Assembly (NCBI GenBank): GCA_963727205.1
Contig: CAVSFQ010000031.1
Location: 12,080 to 76,079, forward strand
Reading direction: 5' to 3'
Source of the DNA: an uncultured Acidobacteriota bacterium
Lineage (GTDB): Bacteria; Acidobacteriota; Thermoanaerobaculia; Thermoanaerobaculales; Thermoanaerobaculaceae
Length of the DNA stretch: 64,000 nucleotides
Below the pieces are notes generated by a model that had not been told where the DNA came from, searched no databases, and was given only the letters and a program-made list of their open reading frames with translations. The position numbers and the translations under genes are program-made. Below, piece after piece: positions 52,366-63,264 of this stretch. Every line of letters begins with the position of its first letter. Position 1 is the first letter of the stretch.

Positions 52366-53037
52366 GTGACGGCTGTGCAAACGCAGGATGTGCCGATCGC
52401 GGCGCCCGAGCAGCCGGGCGCTTTACCGTCGGCGGGGCAATGCTGCCGGCTGTCGGAGGAGCTGGACGAGGTGCTGCGCCTCGCCACCGGCGAAACGCTT
52501 CCGGTGCGAGTGCTGGTCGAGCACCTCAGCGGCCGGGGGAACGCGCTGCTCGCGTTCATCGTCATCCTGCCGTTCCTGCAACCGATCCCGCTGCCGGGGG
52601 TCTCCACGCCGTTCGGGATCGCCATCGTGCTGCTCGGCGTCGCGATGGCGCTCGGGCGGCCGCTCTGGCTGCCGAAGCGTTGGCTCGACCACGAGCTGCG
52701 CTCGGCCCTCGTGATCCGCATCGGCGGCGGCGGCCAACGGCTCATCAGGAAGGTCGAACGCTTCATCAAGCCGCGCGGGCTCTGGTTCCACCGCCACCGC
52801 TGGGCGCACTCGATCGCCGGGATCGTCATCGCGATCTCGGGCGCCGAACTCGCGCTGCCGCTGCCGATCATGTTCACCAACACGCTCCCCGCGCTGGCGA
52901 TCGCGACGACGGCCGTCGGGCTGCTCGAGGAGGATGCCGTCCTGGCAATCATCGGCCAGTTGCTCTTCCTCGTCGGGCTGGTCGTCTTCTCCGGCATCCT
53001 GCTCCTGCCGTTCCTCGGCCTGCACCTGATCTTCTAG
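52366..53037 (+). CDS. exoD: ExoD-family exopolysaccharide synthesis membrane protein
   Basis: 223 aa. GRGNALLAFIVILPFLQPIPLPGVSTPFGIAIVLLGVAMALGRP and C-terminal TM helices match the ExoD pattern. Confidence 0.7.
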   Translation: MTAVQTQDVPIAAPEQPGALPSAGQCCRLSEELDEVLRLATGETLPVRVLVEHLSGRGNALLAFIVILPFLQPIPLPGVSTPFGIAIVLLGVAMALGRPLWLPKRWLDHELRSALVIRIGGGGQRLIRKVERFIKPRGLWFHRHRWAHSIAGIVIAISGAELALPLPIMFTNTLPALAIATTAVGLLEEDAVLAIIGQLLFLVGLVVFSGILLLPFLGLHLIF

Positions 53038-53070
53038 CTGCGCTGCCGTCTTGGCCCCTGCGCCCCGTCT

Positions 53071-53105
53071 TCAAAAAGCAAAGGGCGGGGATCGCTCCCC
53101 GCCCT
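53071..53105 (-). terminator. Intrinsic terminator of groES-groEL
   Basis: On the minus strand, AGGGCGGGGA-GCGA-TCCCCGCCCT (53105-53082) is followed by TTGCTTTTTGA. Confidence 0.75.
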
Positions 53106-53138
53106 CGCTGTATCCCGCTTCTTCGGTGCTTCTTCGGC

Positions 53139-53166
53139 CCACGGTCCACGGACCACGGACCACGGT
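53139..53166. repeat. Heptad tandem repeat (CCACGGT CCACGGA CCACGGA CCACGGT)
   Basis: Four exact-period 7-nt units located 3 nt downstream of the groEL stop codon. Same unit family as 245-272, 1397-1445 and 14184-14197. Confidence 0.8.
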
Positions 53167-53169
53167 TCT

Positions 53170-54825
<1,656 letters not shown>

Positions 54826-55116
54826 TTACTTTTCCAGCACGCCGAGGATCTCGTCCTCGCGCGCGATCAGGTATTCCTGGTCGTCGATCTTGATGTCCGA
54901 GCCCGAATACTTGCCGACCAGGACCCGGTCGCCCTTCTTGACGTCGATCGGCATCCGCTTGCCGTTGTCGTCGAGCTTGCCGGGGCCGACCGCGATCACT
55001 TCGGCTTCTTGCGGCTTTTCCTTGGCGGTGTCGGGGATGATGATCCCGCCCTTCACCACCTCTTTCTCTTCCAGGCGGCGGAGGAGAACCCGATCATGGA
55101 GTGGACGAACGTTCAT
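54826..55116 (-). CDS. groES: Co-chaperonin GroES
   Basis: 96 aa. [14 protein letters not shown] ... [13 protein letters not shown] ... [11 protein letters not shown]. Confidence 0.97.
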   Translation of the reverse strand: MNVRPLHDRVLLRRLEEKEVVKGGIIIPDTAKEKPQEAEVIAVGPGKLDDNGKRMPIDVKKGDRVLVGKYSGSDIKIDDQEYLIAREDEILGVLEK

Positions 55117-55168
55117 ATGCTTAACCCTCCCTCTTTCTTATGTTTACGTTTTCTCGTCGGGGTGCGGA

Positions 55169-55225
55169 CTGGCACTCGCCATACGAGACTGCTAACACTC
55201 TAGGACCTGCGCCCGGGGTTGTCAA
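55169..55225 (-). promoter_or_regulatory. groESL promoter with CIRCE (HrcA operator)
   Basis: The minus strand reads TTGACA (55225-55220), a 17-nt spacer, TAGAGT (55202-55197), then TTAGCAGTC-N9-GAGTGCCAG (55195-55169). The CIRCE consensus is TTAGCACTC-N9-GAGTGCTAA. Confidence 0.8.
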
Positions 55226-55398
55226 GTGGTTACGCGGACTCGGTCTCTCGGACCGACCTCGCGGCCGCTGCTTTCCGGCGCAGGGGCGGCCCTTGCGGCC
55301 GCCCGCGGGCCGGTGGCGGCAACGCATGGACCGCGCCGGGCGGGGACGAGCCCCACCCCGACATAGGACCGGAATGGGGCGCCGAAGGCGGACGCGCT

Positions 55399-56301
55399 TC
55401 AACCAGTCCGAGGGCCGGTCTTGAGCTTCCGGAGCGCATTCCGGTGGCCGCGCAGGATCGCGGTCGCCGCGGCGCGGCCGGCTGCGCCGCGCACGGCACC
55501 GCGGTACCAGAGCGACCGCAGGATCGCGTAGCCCGAGTGCACGGCCGCCAGATACAGCCGGTACGCGAGCGGCCGGAACGGACGCAAGCGCGTCGCCGCC
55601 ATGTGCTCGAGGTAGAACGGCGAGCGCGCCGCCGAGCCGGTCACGGCGCCCAGCCTGTGCACCGCCACCATCTCCGGGGCGAAGAACAGCTGCCAGCCCA
55701 GGCGGCGCAGGCGCAGGCAGAGGTCCACGTCCTCGTTGTAGAGGAAGTAGCTCGCATCGAAACCGCCGGCCCGCCGCCACGCTTCGGCGGCCACCGCGAA
55801 TGCGGCGCCGGGCACGAATCCGACCGTCCGCGCCCGCCCGGCCGCACCGGCCGACGTCGCCTGGCGCACCGTGCCGGTCAGCCAGTTCACGCTGCCGCCC
55901 GCGTACCAGAGCGCCCCGCCGGGCCGGTCGAGGTAGAGCGGTCCGGCCGCCAGCCCGACGCCAGGACGGCCCACCGCCTCGACCGCTGCGTCGAGGTACC
56001 CGTCCGCCACCTCGATGTCGTTGTTGAGCACGACGATCGCGTCAAGGGGTCGGTCCCCGAGCGTCGCGACGCCGGCGTTGACCCCCGCACCGAAACCGGG
56101 GTTGCCCCCAAGGGGCACGACCTCGGCGTCGCGCCACGCCCCGGACCCGAGCGCGCCGCCGTTGTCCACCACCACGACCCGCCGGGCGGCGCGCGAGCGG
56201 TCCCGCTCCAGCGCCGCCAGGCACGCCTCGGTCGGCGCCGGGCCGCCGAAATGGACGATCACGACGCCGACCCGCGCCTGCGTGGCGCCCGGCCCGCTCA
56301 T
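55399..56301 (-). CDS. Family-2 glycosyltransferase
   Basis: VGVVIVHFG ... VVVVDNG ... NPGFGAGVN ... LNNDIEV ... FLYNEDVDLCLR are typical of rhamnosyl/GT2 enzymes. The ATG at 56301 overlaps the upstream stop. Confidence 0.8.
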   Translation of the reverse strand: MSGPGATQARVGVVIVHFGGPAPTEACLAALERDRSRAARRVVVVDNGGALGSGAWRDAEVVPLGGNPGFGAGVNAGVATLGDRPLDAIVVLNNDIEVADGYLDAAVEAVGRPGVGLAAGPLYLDRPGGALWYAGGSVNWLTGTVRQATSAGAAGRARTVGFVPGAAFAVAAEAWRRAGGFDASYFLYNEDVDLCLRLRRLGWQLFFAPEMVAVHRLGAVTGSAARSPFYLEHMAATRLRPFRPLAYRLYLAAVHSGYAILRSLWYRGAVRGAAGRAAATAILRGHRNALRKLKTGPRTG

Positions 56302-57566
56302 TCGAGCTCCGCGCCGGCCGGGGCCGTCGCCTCGATCCGCCGCGGGCGGCGCACGGCGAGCGTCGCCACCGTGACGCTGGCCGCGAGGCCGAACGTCCAC
56401 ACCGTCACCGCGACCACGGCACACCCCATCGTCCCCCAGCGCGGGATGACGGCCAGGTTCGCGGCCGCGCTCCCCGCCAGCAGGACCGCCTGGCTCGCCA
56501 ACGACCAGCGCTGCCTCCCGCACGCCGCGACGAGCACACCGAGCCCCATCGTGACGTACGCGGCCGGCAGCACCCAGGCCAGCACCCCCATCAACGGCAC
56601 CGACGCGAGGTACGCGGGGCCGAAGACCAGCCGAACGAGAGGGACCTTGGCGGCCGAAAGCGCCCCGGCCGCGAGCGCGCCGGCCGCGGCGCCGCCCGCG
56701 ACGATGGCGGCGATGTGTCGGAGGCGGAGCCGGCCGGCGGCGGCGGCCTTTGCAACCGTCGGATAGGTCGCGACCGCGAAGAGCTGGGCGACCCCCAACA
56801 ACCCCCACACCGGCGCGGCGGCCACGCCGTACCGTCCGATCTCCTCCCTGGCCACCCCGAACCCCGCCAGCATGAACGTGTCCAGGCGCAGCGCCGCCTG
56901 CAGGCCCAGGCTGAGCAGGAGGAAGACCGCCCCCTCGCGCGCGAGGAACGAGCGCGTGATGGGAGGGGTGGCTACGTCCGGCAGCGTGCGTTGCTGACGG
57001 TGCATCACCGCGAGGCCGCCTGCGGCCCCGACCGCGAACGCCAGCCCCGTCGTCCACACCGGGGCCGCGAGCGCCGCCATGGCCCCGAGGAGCAGGAGCG
57101 CGACGCCGAGTTCGACGCTGCGCCCGCCGACCTCCACCTCCATCCGGTCAAGCCCCTTGAACGACGCGCCCACGCTGACGAGGCCGCTGCGCAGCCAGGC
57201 GTACGGGACGAACGCCAGCAGCGTCCAACGCAACCCCGGGTCGGGCACGAGCGCGGCGCCGGCGATCGCGACCGGCACGGCCACGACCGCCACGCGGCGC
57301 TGCCACGCGCGCGAGAGCCGGCCGAGCGCGCGGACCGCCTCCGGGCAGCGGGCCGTCTCCCGGATCAACACCTCCGCCTGGCCGGCCGTGAGCACCAGCA
57401 TGAGCACCATCGCGGCGCCGTAGGCCACCGTGAACGCGCCCATCCCCGCCGGCCCGAGCCCACGCGCCACCAACACGCCCGCGCCGAACAGCGCACCCTT
57501 GAGCACCACCTCGCCGGCGCCCAGCCACGCCACGTTGCGCGCCAGCTTGCCGGTGGTCCGCGTCAC
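56298..57566 (-). CDS. Polysaccharide flippase (MOP/Wzx-like)
   Basis: 422 aa from GTG 57566 (overlapping the upstream stop) with about 12 TM helices. The N-terminus LARNVAWLGAGEVVLKG is typical of the polysaccharide biosynthesis protein family. Confidence 0.7.
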   Translation of the reverse strand: MTRTTGKLARNVAWLGAGEVVLKGALFGAGVLVARGLGPAGMGAFTVAYGAAMVLMLVLTAGQAEVLIRETARCPEAVRALGRLSRAWQRRVAVVAVPVAIAGAALVPDPGLRWTLLAFVPYAWLRSGLVSVGASFKGLDRMEVEVGGRSVELGVALLLLGAMAALAAPVWTTGLAFAVGAAGGLAVMHRQQRTLPDVATPPITRSFLAREGAVFLLLSLGLQAALRLDTFMLAGFGVAREEIGRYGVAAAPVWGLLGVAQLFAVATYPTVAKAAAAGRLRLRHIAAIVAGGAAAGALAAGALSAAKVPLVRLVFGPAYLASVPLMGVLAWVLPAAYVTMGLGVLVAACGRQRWSLASQAVLLAGSAAANLAVIPRWGTMGCAVVAVTVWTFGLAASVTVATLAVRRPRRIEATAPAGAELE

Positions 57567-58912
57567 CGCCGGGCCCCGACCAGCGCGACGCTCGCGGTGC
57601 GGAGCAAGGTCAACACGTAGATTCCGAACGACCGCTCGCGGATGAAGTAGAGATCGTACTCGAGCTTGCGCCGGTGCTCGTCGGAGCTGACCGCCGATGG
57701 CATGTTGACCTGCGCCCAGCCGGTCAGCCCCGGCGGGACCGCGAGCCTGAACGTGTAGTAGGGCACGGTCCGGGCCAGCTCGGCCACGAACTCCGGGCGC
57801 TCGGGTCGCGGCCCAACCAGCGACATCTCGCCCCGGATCACGTTGACGAGCTGCGGCAGCTCGTCGATCCGGAGCCGCCGTAAGATGCGTCCCAACCGGG
57901 TCGCCCTGGGGTCGTCGGCGACCGCGAATGCGGGGCCGTTCTCCTCGGCGTCCGGCCGCATCGTGCGCAGCTTGATCACCCGGAAGCGGCGGCCGAACTG
58001 ACCCACCCTTGTCTGGAGGAAGAACACGGGCCGCCCGTCGAACGCGAGCACGGCCAGCATCGCCAGCAGCAGCACGGGCAGGCAGACGAGAAGGAGCGCA
58101 ACGCCGACCGCGACGTCGACCACGCGGGTGACGCGGTTGAACAGCTCCCAGTGCATCACCGAGAACCCCGGCTGGTGCAGGAACGCGGCCGGCGACAGCT
58201 CGTCCACGGGCAGGCGCCCGTCCAGCCACGCCCACAGTTCCGACGCCACCACCACCGGCACCCCTGAGAACTGCAGCACCGTGAGGTCCGAGGCGAGCCC
58301 GTCGGCGCCGGCGGTGCTCCCCGCGAGCACCACCAGCTCGACACGGTCCCGGTGCGCTTCCTCAGCCACGGCAGCCGCCGCGAGGCCGGAGCCGTCCACG
58401 GGTTCCCACGGCGCCGCCGGATGCTCGCGCAGCTTGCGGCACACCTCGGCCACCGCACCCGTCTCCCCGACCACGAGCGCGCGAGGGCGCGGGCGGCGGC
58501 GCATCCAGAGCGCGACCGCGCTGCGCGCCGCGGCCGCTCCGGCCGCCCATGACGCGGTCGTGATCAGCAGCAGCCCGCGGCCGAATCGCCAGCTCGGCAC
58601 CAGATAGGTCGCCAGGCTGAGCGCCGTCCCCCACACCGCGGCGACGATCACGACCCTCGCCGCCACCTCGCGTCGGCGCCGCAGCACGACCGGCTCATAG
58701 AGTTCCGCGGCGACGGCCGTGGCCCACATCGCCACGAAGCCGGTCGCCAGCAGCGCGGGATGGCTCAACAGCTCGTGCAGCTTCGCAACTCGCTCGCCGC
58801 CGGCCGAAAACCTGACCACATGGGCAAGCCAGCCGGCCACGGCCAGCCAGGCGCCGTCAGCCAGGGCGAGCACCAGGCGCAGGCGCGGCGTGCGGGGAAG
58901 GAAGAGACTCAT
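57563..58912 (-). CDS. Undecaprenyl-phosphate hexose-1-phosphate transferase (bacterial sugar transferase, WbaP/EpsB-like)
   Basis: N-terminal TM bundle and a C-terminal catalytic domain with PVFFLQTRVGQFGRRFRVIKLRTM ... DELPQLVNVIRGEMSLVGPRP. Confidence 0.9.
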   Translation of the reverse strand: MSLFLPRTPRLRLVLALADGAWLAVAGWLAHVVRFSAGGERVAKLHELLSHPALLATGFVAMWATAVAAELYEPVVLRRRREVAARVVIVAAVWGTALSLATYLVPSWRFGRGLLLITTASWAAGAAAARSAVALWMRRRPRPRALVVGETGAVAEVCRKLREHPAAPWEPVDGSGLAAAAVAEEAHRDRVELVVLAGSTAGADGLASDLTVLQFSGVPVVVASELWAWLDGRLPVDELSPAAFLHQPGFSVMHWELFNRVTRVVDVAVGVALLLVCLPVLLLAMLAVLAFDGRPVFFLQTRVGQFGRRFRVIKLRTMRPDAEENGPAFAVADDPRATRLGRILRRLRIDELPQLVNVIRGEMSLVGPRPERPEFVAELARTVPYYTFRLAVPPGLTGWAQVNMPSAVSSDEHRRKLEYDLYFIRERSFGIYVLTLLRTASVALVGARR

Positions 58913-58997
58913 CCTTGCTCGCGATGGTGCGCGGGATCGCTGAATGTGTCAACAACCTCCACTCCGCCAGTGCGCGGCCGTCGCCGTAGGCGCGGTT

Positions 58998-59197
58998 GTC
59001 ATTGCGAGGTTCCCGAGCGCAGCGAGGAAACCGCGGCAATCTCGAGGCCGACAGATTCGGCCGGTCCGAACGGCCGGAACGAGATTGCTTCCCCCACCGC
59101 CACGCGGGCGCGGTGCGCCCGCTCGCGGCAGGCTCTGGCGCTACGCGCCCGCTCGGGGCAGGCTTCGCCTCGCTCCGCTCGTCCTCCTCGCAATGAC
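58998..59197. repeat. MITE-like element with 12-bp terminal inverted repeats GTCATTGCGAGG / CCTCGCAATGAC
   Basis: The TIRs at 58998-59009 and 59186-59197 are perfect complements. The left 130 nt recur at 60713-60843. Confidence 0.65.
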
Positions 59198-59264
59198 CGA
59201 CACCGTTGGGACGCCTTGCGCTGCGGGAGGGATCATGTGCGGCGCGACCCCCCGGAACCGCGGC

Positions 59265-60386
59265 CTACCCGTAGAACTGCGCGATCGACGCGACCACCCG
59301 CTCGCGCTCGTCCGCCCGCAACTCCGGGAAGATCGGCAGCGCCAGCACCTCGGCTTCGGCCCGCTCGGACTCGGGGAAGTCGCCCGTGCGATAGCCGAGA
59401 TCCACGAAGCACTTCTGCTCGTGGAGCGAGATCGGGTAGTACACCTCCGCCCCGACGCCCTGCTTCGCCATGTGCTCGCGGAGCTGGTCGCGCCTGGGCG
59501 CCCGCACCACGTACTGGTGGTAGGTGTGGCCGCGTCCGGGCAGCTCCTCGGGGATCCGCACGGTGCCGTCGAGACCCGCCGCGTGGAACAACTCGCGGTA
59601 GTGCGCGGCGCCGGCTTGCCGTTTCGCGATCCAGCCGGGGAGGCGAGGCAGCTTGACGCGCAGGATCGCGGCTTGCAGCGCGTCCATACGGAAGTTCCCG
59701 CCGACGAATCGGTGCACGTACTTCGGCCGCATCCCGTGCATCCGCATGTCCAGGAGCCTCTCGCCCGCCGCCTCGTCGTTGGTCGTCACCAGACCGGCGT
59801 CGCCGAACGCCCCCAGGTTCTTGGTCGGGAAGAACGAGAAGCAGCCGAACGTGCCGATCCCGCCGACCATGACACCGTTGTACGCCGTACCGATCGCCTG
59901 GCAGCAGTCCTCGACGAGCGGGATGCCGGGCGCCGCCGCCTCGATGGCGGCCATGTCCGCCGCCTGCCCGTACAAGTGCACCGGGATGATGGCCTTGGTG
60001 CGCGGCGTGACCGCAGCGGCCAGCTTGCCGGGGTCGAGGTTGAAGTCGCGCGGGTCGATGTCGGCGAACACCGGGCGCGCGCCGAGGCGGTGGATCACGC
60101 CGGCGGTCGCGAAGAACGTGAACGGCGATGTGACCACCTCGTCCCCCGCACCGATGCCGAGCGCCATCAACGCCGCCAGCAACGCGTCGGTGCCCGAGGA
60201 CACGGCCACCGCGCGCTTCACGCCGAGGTACGCGGCGCACTCGCTCTCGAGCGCCGCCACCTCGGGGCCGAGGATGAACTGTTGCGTCGCGAACACGCGT
60301 TCGACCGCGGCGTGAACGTCGTCGTTCACCTCGAGCCACTGCCGTTTGAGGTCAAAGAGGGGAACTGGGGTTTTGGTGTCGGTCAT
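59265..60386 (-). CDS. DegT/DnrJ/EryC1/StrS-family sugar aminotransferase (PLP-dependent)
   Basis: 373 aa. FEQEFAAYLG-type N-terminus (LESECAAYLGVKRAVAVSSGTDAL); FSFFPTKNLGAFGDAG contains the PLP lysine. Confidence 0.9.
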   Translation of the reverse strand: MTDTKTPVPLFDLKRQWLEVNDDVHAAVERVFATQQFILGPEVAALESECAAYLGVKRAVAVSSGTDALLAALMALGIGAGDEVVTSPFTFFATAGVIHRLGARPVFADIDPRDFNLDPGKLAAAVTPRTKAIIPVHLYGQAADMAAIEAAAPGIPLVEDCCQAIGTAYNGVMVGGIGTFGCFSFFPTKNLGAFGDAGLVTTNDEAAGERLLDMRMHGMRPKYVHRFVGGNFRMDALQAAILRVKLPRLPGWIAKRQAGAAHYRELFHAAGLDGTVRIPEELPGRGHTYHQYVVRAPRRDQLREHMAKQGVGAEVYYPISLHEQKCFVDLGYRTGDFPESERAEAEVLALPIFPELRADERERVVASIAQFYG

Positions 60387-60712
60387 CGGTCACTCTCCGA
60401 AGCAGGCAGTGTGCGGTTGTGAGCGCCTCCGCGGCGGCAGCAGCATCAGCGCCATTGCGACGCCGGCGAGAAAGCCGCTGATACGAGCGGATCACGCCGC
60501 CCCGCCGGTCGCACCGGCCGTCGAGGCGAGCGACAGCGTACCAGAAAGGGCCTGCCCGATGAAACACAGGGGAAGTGCACGAAACCGCCGGCGCGGCGCG
60601 CCCTCCCCGCACGTACGAATGGAGAGGCCGGCCGCCCAGCGGGCGGCCGCTACGGGCGTGTGAGGCGCGGCCGCCCGGCGCGCGGTCGTTGCTTCGGGAA
60701 CCCCGGAGTGCG

Positions 60713-60843
60713 GTCATTGCGAGGTTCCCGAGCGCAGCGAGGGAACCGTGGCAATCTCGAGGTCGGAAGGTTCGGCCGGTTCAAACGGTACGCACGGGAT
60801 CGCTTCCGCCACCGCCACGCGGGCGCGATGCGCCCGCTCGCGC
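60713..60843. repeat. Truncated second copy of the GTCATTGCGAGG element (direct orientation)
   Basis: Aligns with 58998-59128 along its whole length, by eye about four-fifths identical. There is no right TIR before the asnB-like stop at 60864. Confidence 0.65.
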
Positions 60844-60863
60844 GGCGCGCCGGCCCCACACGT

Positions 60864-62729
60864 TCAACACCGCGACTCGCGCAGCCAGAGCTCGAGCATG
60901 AGCAGCGCGTAGACCACGCCGGCGCGGTTGCGCTCCTGCATCGTCCTGCCTGCGACCACGGCCCGCACGAACGCCGGATCGACGTACTCCGCGGCCCGGG
61001 CGTCCGGGGCGAGGAGCGCGTCGTGGACGAGGTCGCGCAGGTCGCCGTCGAGCCAGGCGGCGAGCGGCACCTCGAACCCCCGCTTCCTCCCCTCGATCAC
61101 TTCCCGCGGCAGCCGGTCACGGTAGGCGTCGCGCAGCACCGCCTTCAGCCGGGAGCCCCGCACCCGGAACGCGACCGGCAGCCGCAGCGCGAACTGGGCG
61201 ACCTCGTGGTCCAGGAACGGCGAGCGGCCCTCCAGAGACGCCGCCATCGTCGCCATGTCCATCTTCACGAGCAGGCTCGAGCACAGCTCGATGCCGATGT
61301 CGCCCGCGACCTGCGTGTCCACGGCGGCAAGGTTGCCGTCGAGCCTGTCCGCGACCCAGACTTCGGTCGCCCGTTGCGGCCGCGCGCGCCAGACCCGTTG
61401 TTTGTCCTCGTCGAGCAGCAGGTCCTTCGTCCACACGAGATAGCGCGCTCCCGGCTGGAGCGAGAGCCCGCGGCCGAAGCGTCGCAGCAGGCCCGCCGGC
61501 GACCGGCGCCGGCCCCCCGCGAGGCGCGAGAAGGCCGCTCGGAGCGCGGCCCGCGCTCCGGGGACCGAGCCGATCCTCCCCAGCGTCCGCGCCGCGAGGT
61601 ACCGCCGATACCCGCCGCACACCTCGTCGCCGCCGTCCCCGTTCAGGACCACCTTGACGTGCTCGTGGGCCAGCCGGGCGACCGCCAGGCTGGGGATCGC
61701 CGAGGCGTCCGCGAACGGCTGGTCGAAGTGGCGCGCGACCGCCAGCACCTCGTCGCGAGGGGCGACGTGCAGCGGCAGGACGACGTTCTCGACGCCGAGC
61801 GCCGCGGCGGTGCGCCGGGCGACCGGCGCCTCGTCCAGCTCCTCGTCCGCGACCGACACGGTGAACGTCCGCAGCTGCCCGCCGAGATGCCGGGCCGCCT
61901 CGTACGCCACGACCGAGGAGTCCACCCCGCCGGAGAGGAACACCCCAACGGGGACGTCGCTCCTCAACCGGAGCCGGACTGCTTCCCCGAGAGCGCGGCG
62001 CAGCTCTTCCTTGGCGTCTGCGTACGAAATGGCGGCCTTCGGCTCCAGCTCGGGCCGCCAGTACGCCTGCTCCCGGTTCTCCTCCCCCTCGAAGCGCAAC
62101 CAGCACCCGGGACCGACGGCGCTGACGCCCTCGTAGACCGTGTCGGGCTGCGGGACAGCCCCGAGCGACAGGTAGTCGTAGATCCCCTGCTCCCGCACGC
62201 GGGGCGTCGAGCCGGCCGCGCGCATCAGCGGCAACAACCCTTTCAACTCCGAGGCGAACGCGAGCCCGCCGCCGGACACCTGGGTGATGTAGAGCGGCTT
62301 CTTGCCGAAGCGGTCGCGCGCCAGCAGCAGCGACCGCGTGCGCCCGTCCCAGATGGCGAACGCGAACATCCCGCGGAGGCGGGAGCAGAGCGCCTCGCCC
62401 TCGTCCTCGTAGAGGTGGACCAGCACCTCCGTGTCACTTGCCGTCGCGAACACGTGGCCGCGCCGCCGCAGCGCCTCCCGCAGCTCCACGTAGTTGTAGA
62501 TCTCGCCGTTGAACACCGCGACCACGGAACGGTCCTCGTTGAACACCGGCTGGGCGCCGGTCACCAGGTCGATGATCGCGAGGCGCCGCATCCCCAGGGC
62601 GATCCCCGGCGCCGCGAACGTCCCCTCCCCGTCCGGACCGCGGTGGCGCAGCGCGCGCAGCGCTTCGGCGAGGCCGGGTCCGGCCGGCTCGGGGCCGTCA
62701 GGACGGCAGACCCCCGCTATCCCGCACAT
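60864..62729 (-). CDS. Asparagine synthase-family amidotransferase, paralog 2
   Basis: MCGIAG, HRGPDG, NGEIYN and PP-loop LSGGVDSS. 621 aa from the ATG at 62729. Confidence 0.85.
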   Translation of the reverse strand: MCGIAGVCRPDGPEPAGPGLAEALRALRHRGPDGEGTFAAPGIALGMRRLAIIDLVTGAQPVFNEDRSVVAVFNGEIYNYVELREALRRRGHVFATASDTEVLVHLYEDEGEALCSRLRGMFAFAIWDGRTRSLLLARDRFGKKPLYITQVSGGGLAFASELKGLLPLMRAAGSTPRVREQGIYDYLSLGAVPQPDTVYEGVSAVGPGCWLRFEGEENREQAYWRPELEPKAAISYADAKEELRRALGEAVRLRLRSDVPVGVFLSGGVDSSVVAYEAARHLGGQLRTFTVSVADEELDEAPVARRTAAALGVENVVLPLHVAPRDEVLAVARHFDQPFADASAIPSLAVARLAHEHVKVVLNGDGGDEVCGGYRRYLAARTLGRIGSVPGARAALRAAFSRLAGGRRRSPAGLLRRFGRGLSLQPGARYLVWTKDLLLDEDKQRVWRARPQRATEVWVADRLDGNLAAVDTQVAGDIGIELCSSLLVKMDMATMAASLEGRSPFLDHEVAQFALRLPVAFRVRGSRLKAVLRDAYRDRLPREVIEGRKRGFEVPLAAWLDGDLRDLVHDALLAPDARAAEYVDPAFVRAVVAGRTMQERNRAGVVYALLMLELWLRESRC

Positions 62730-63027
62730 CGAGCGCTCTCGTTGCCCAGGCCACGGGGGGCGATCGGGGTTCCGGCGAACTGCGCTGCCGTCATCGTCAC
62801 ACTCTACCGCGTCTTCTCCGCCGCGCTCTCGAGGCGTTGCGGGGCTTCCGGGCGGACGAACGTCGATGGCCTGCGTGGGGCCGGCCCTCGCGGCCGCCCG
62901 CGGGTCGGCGACTGACGGCATCATGACGACAGCGGGCGGGGGCAAGCCCCGCCCCTACATCAGAACGGGACGAGGCGCGCCGGCCGATGCGAGCATCGGG
63001 CGCGACACGGGACTCGTGGCGCGGGCG

Positions 63028-63255
63028 CTACAGGTCGATTTCGGAGACGGACTTGAGCAGCCTCTCCAGGCGGGCGCGGACCTCCGCGCGCTCGGTTTCG
63101 AGCTCGGCGACGCGCCCGGAAAGCTCCTCGCTCGCCTCCCCGCCGTCCCGGAGCCGGCGGTTCTCGTCTTCGAGGTCGGTGACGCGCGCCTGCAGCTCCT
63201 TGTGGGCCACGATCAGCTTCTCGACGCGTTCTTCAAGAGCGGCAAAGACGTCCAT
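63028..63255 (-). CDS. Small coiled-coil protein (ZapB-like)
   Basis: 75 aa of heptad-rich acidic coiled coil (LEERVEKLIVAHKELQARVTDLEDENRRL...) immediately downstream of pheT. Confidence 0.4.
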   Translation of the reverse strand: MDVFAALEERVEKLIVAHKELQARVTDLEDENRRLRDGGEASEELSGRVAELETERAEVRARLERLLKSVSEIDL

Positions 63256-63264
63256 GCGGCCTCC

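Noticed and set aside
62730-63027. zapA or a 6S RNA downstream of the zapB-like gene, by analogy with pheT-zapB-zapA-ssrS neighbourhoods.
   Set aside because: There is no ZapA-like ORF. The 300-nt interval shows only a GC hairpin (GGGCGGGG-GCAA-GCCCCGCCC), and I cannot recognise a 6S-type structure by eye.
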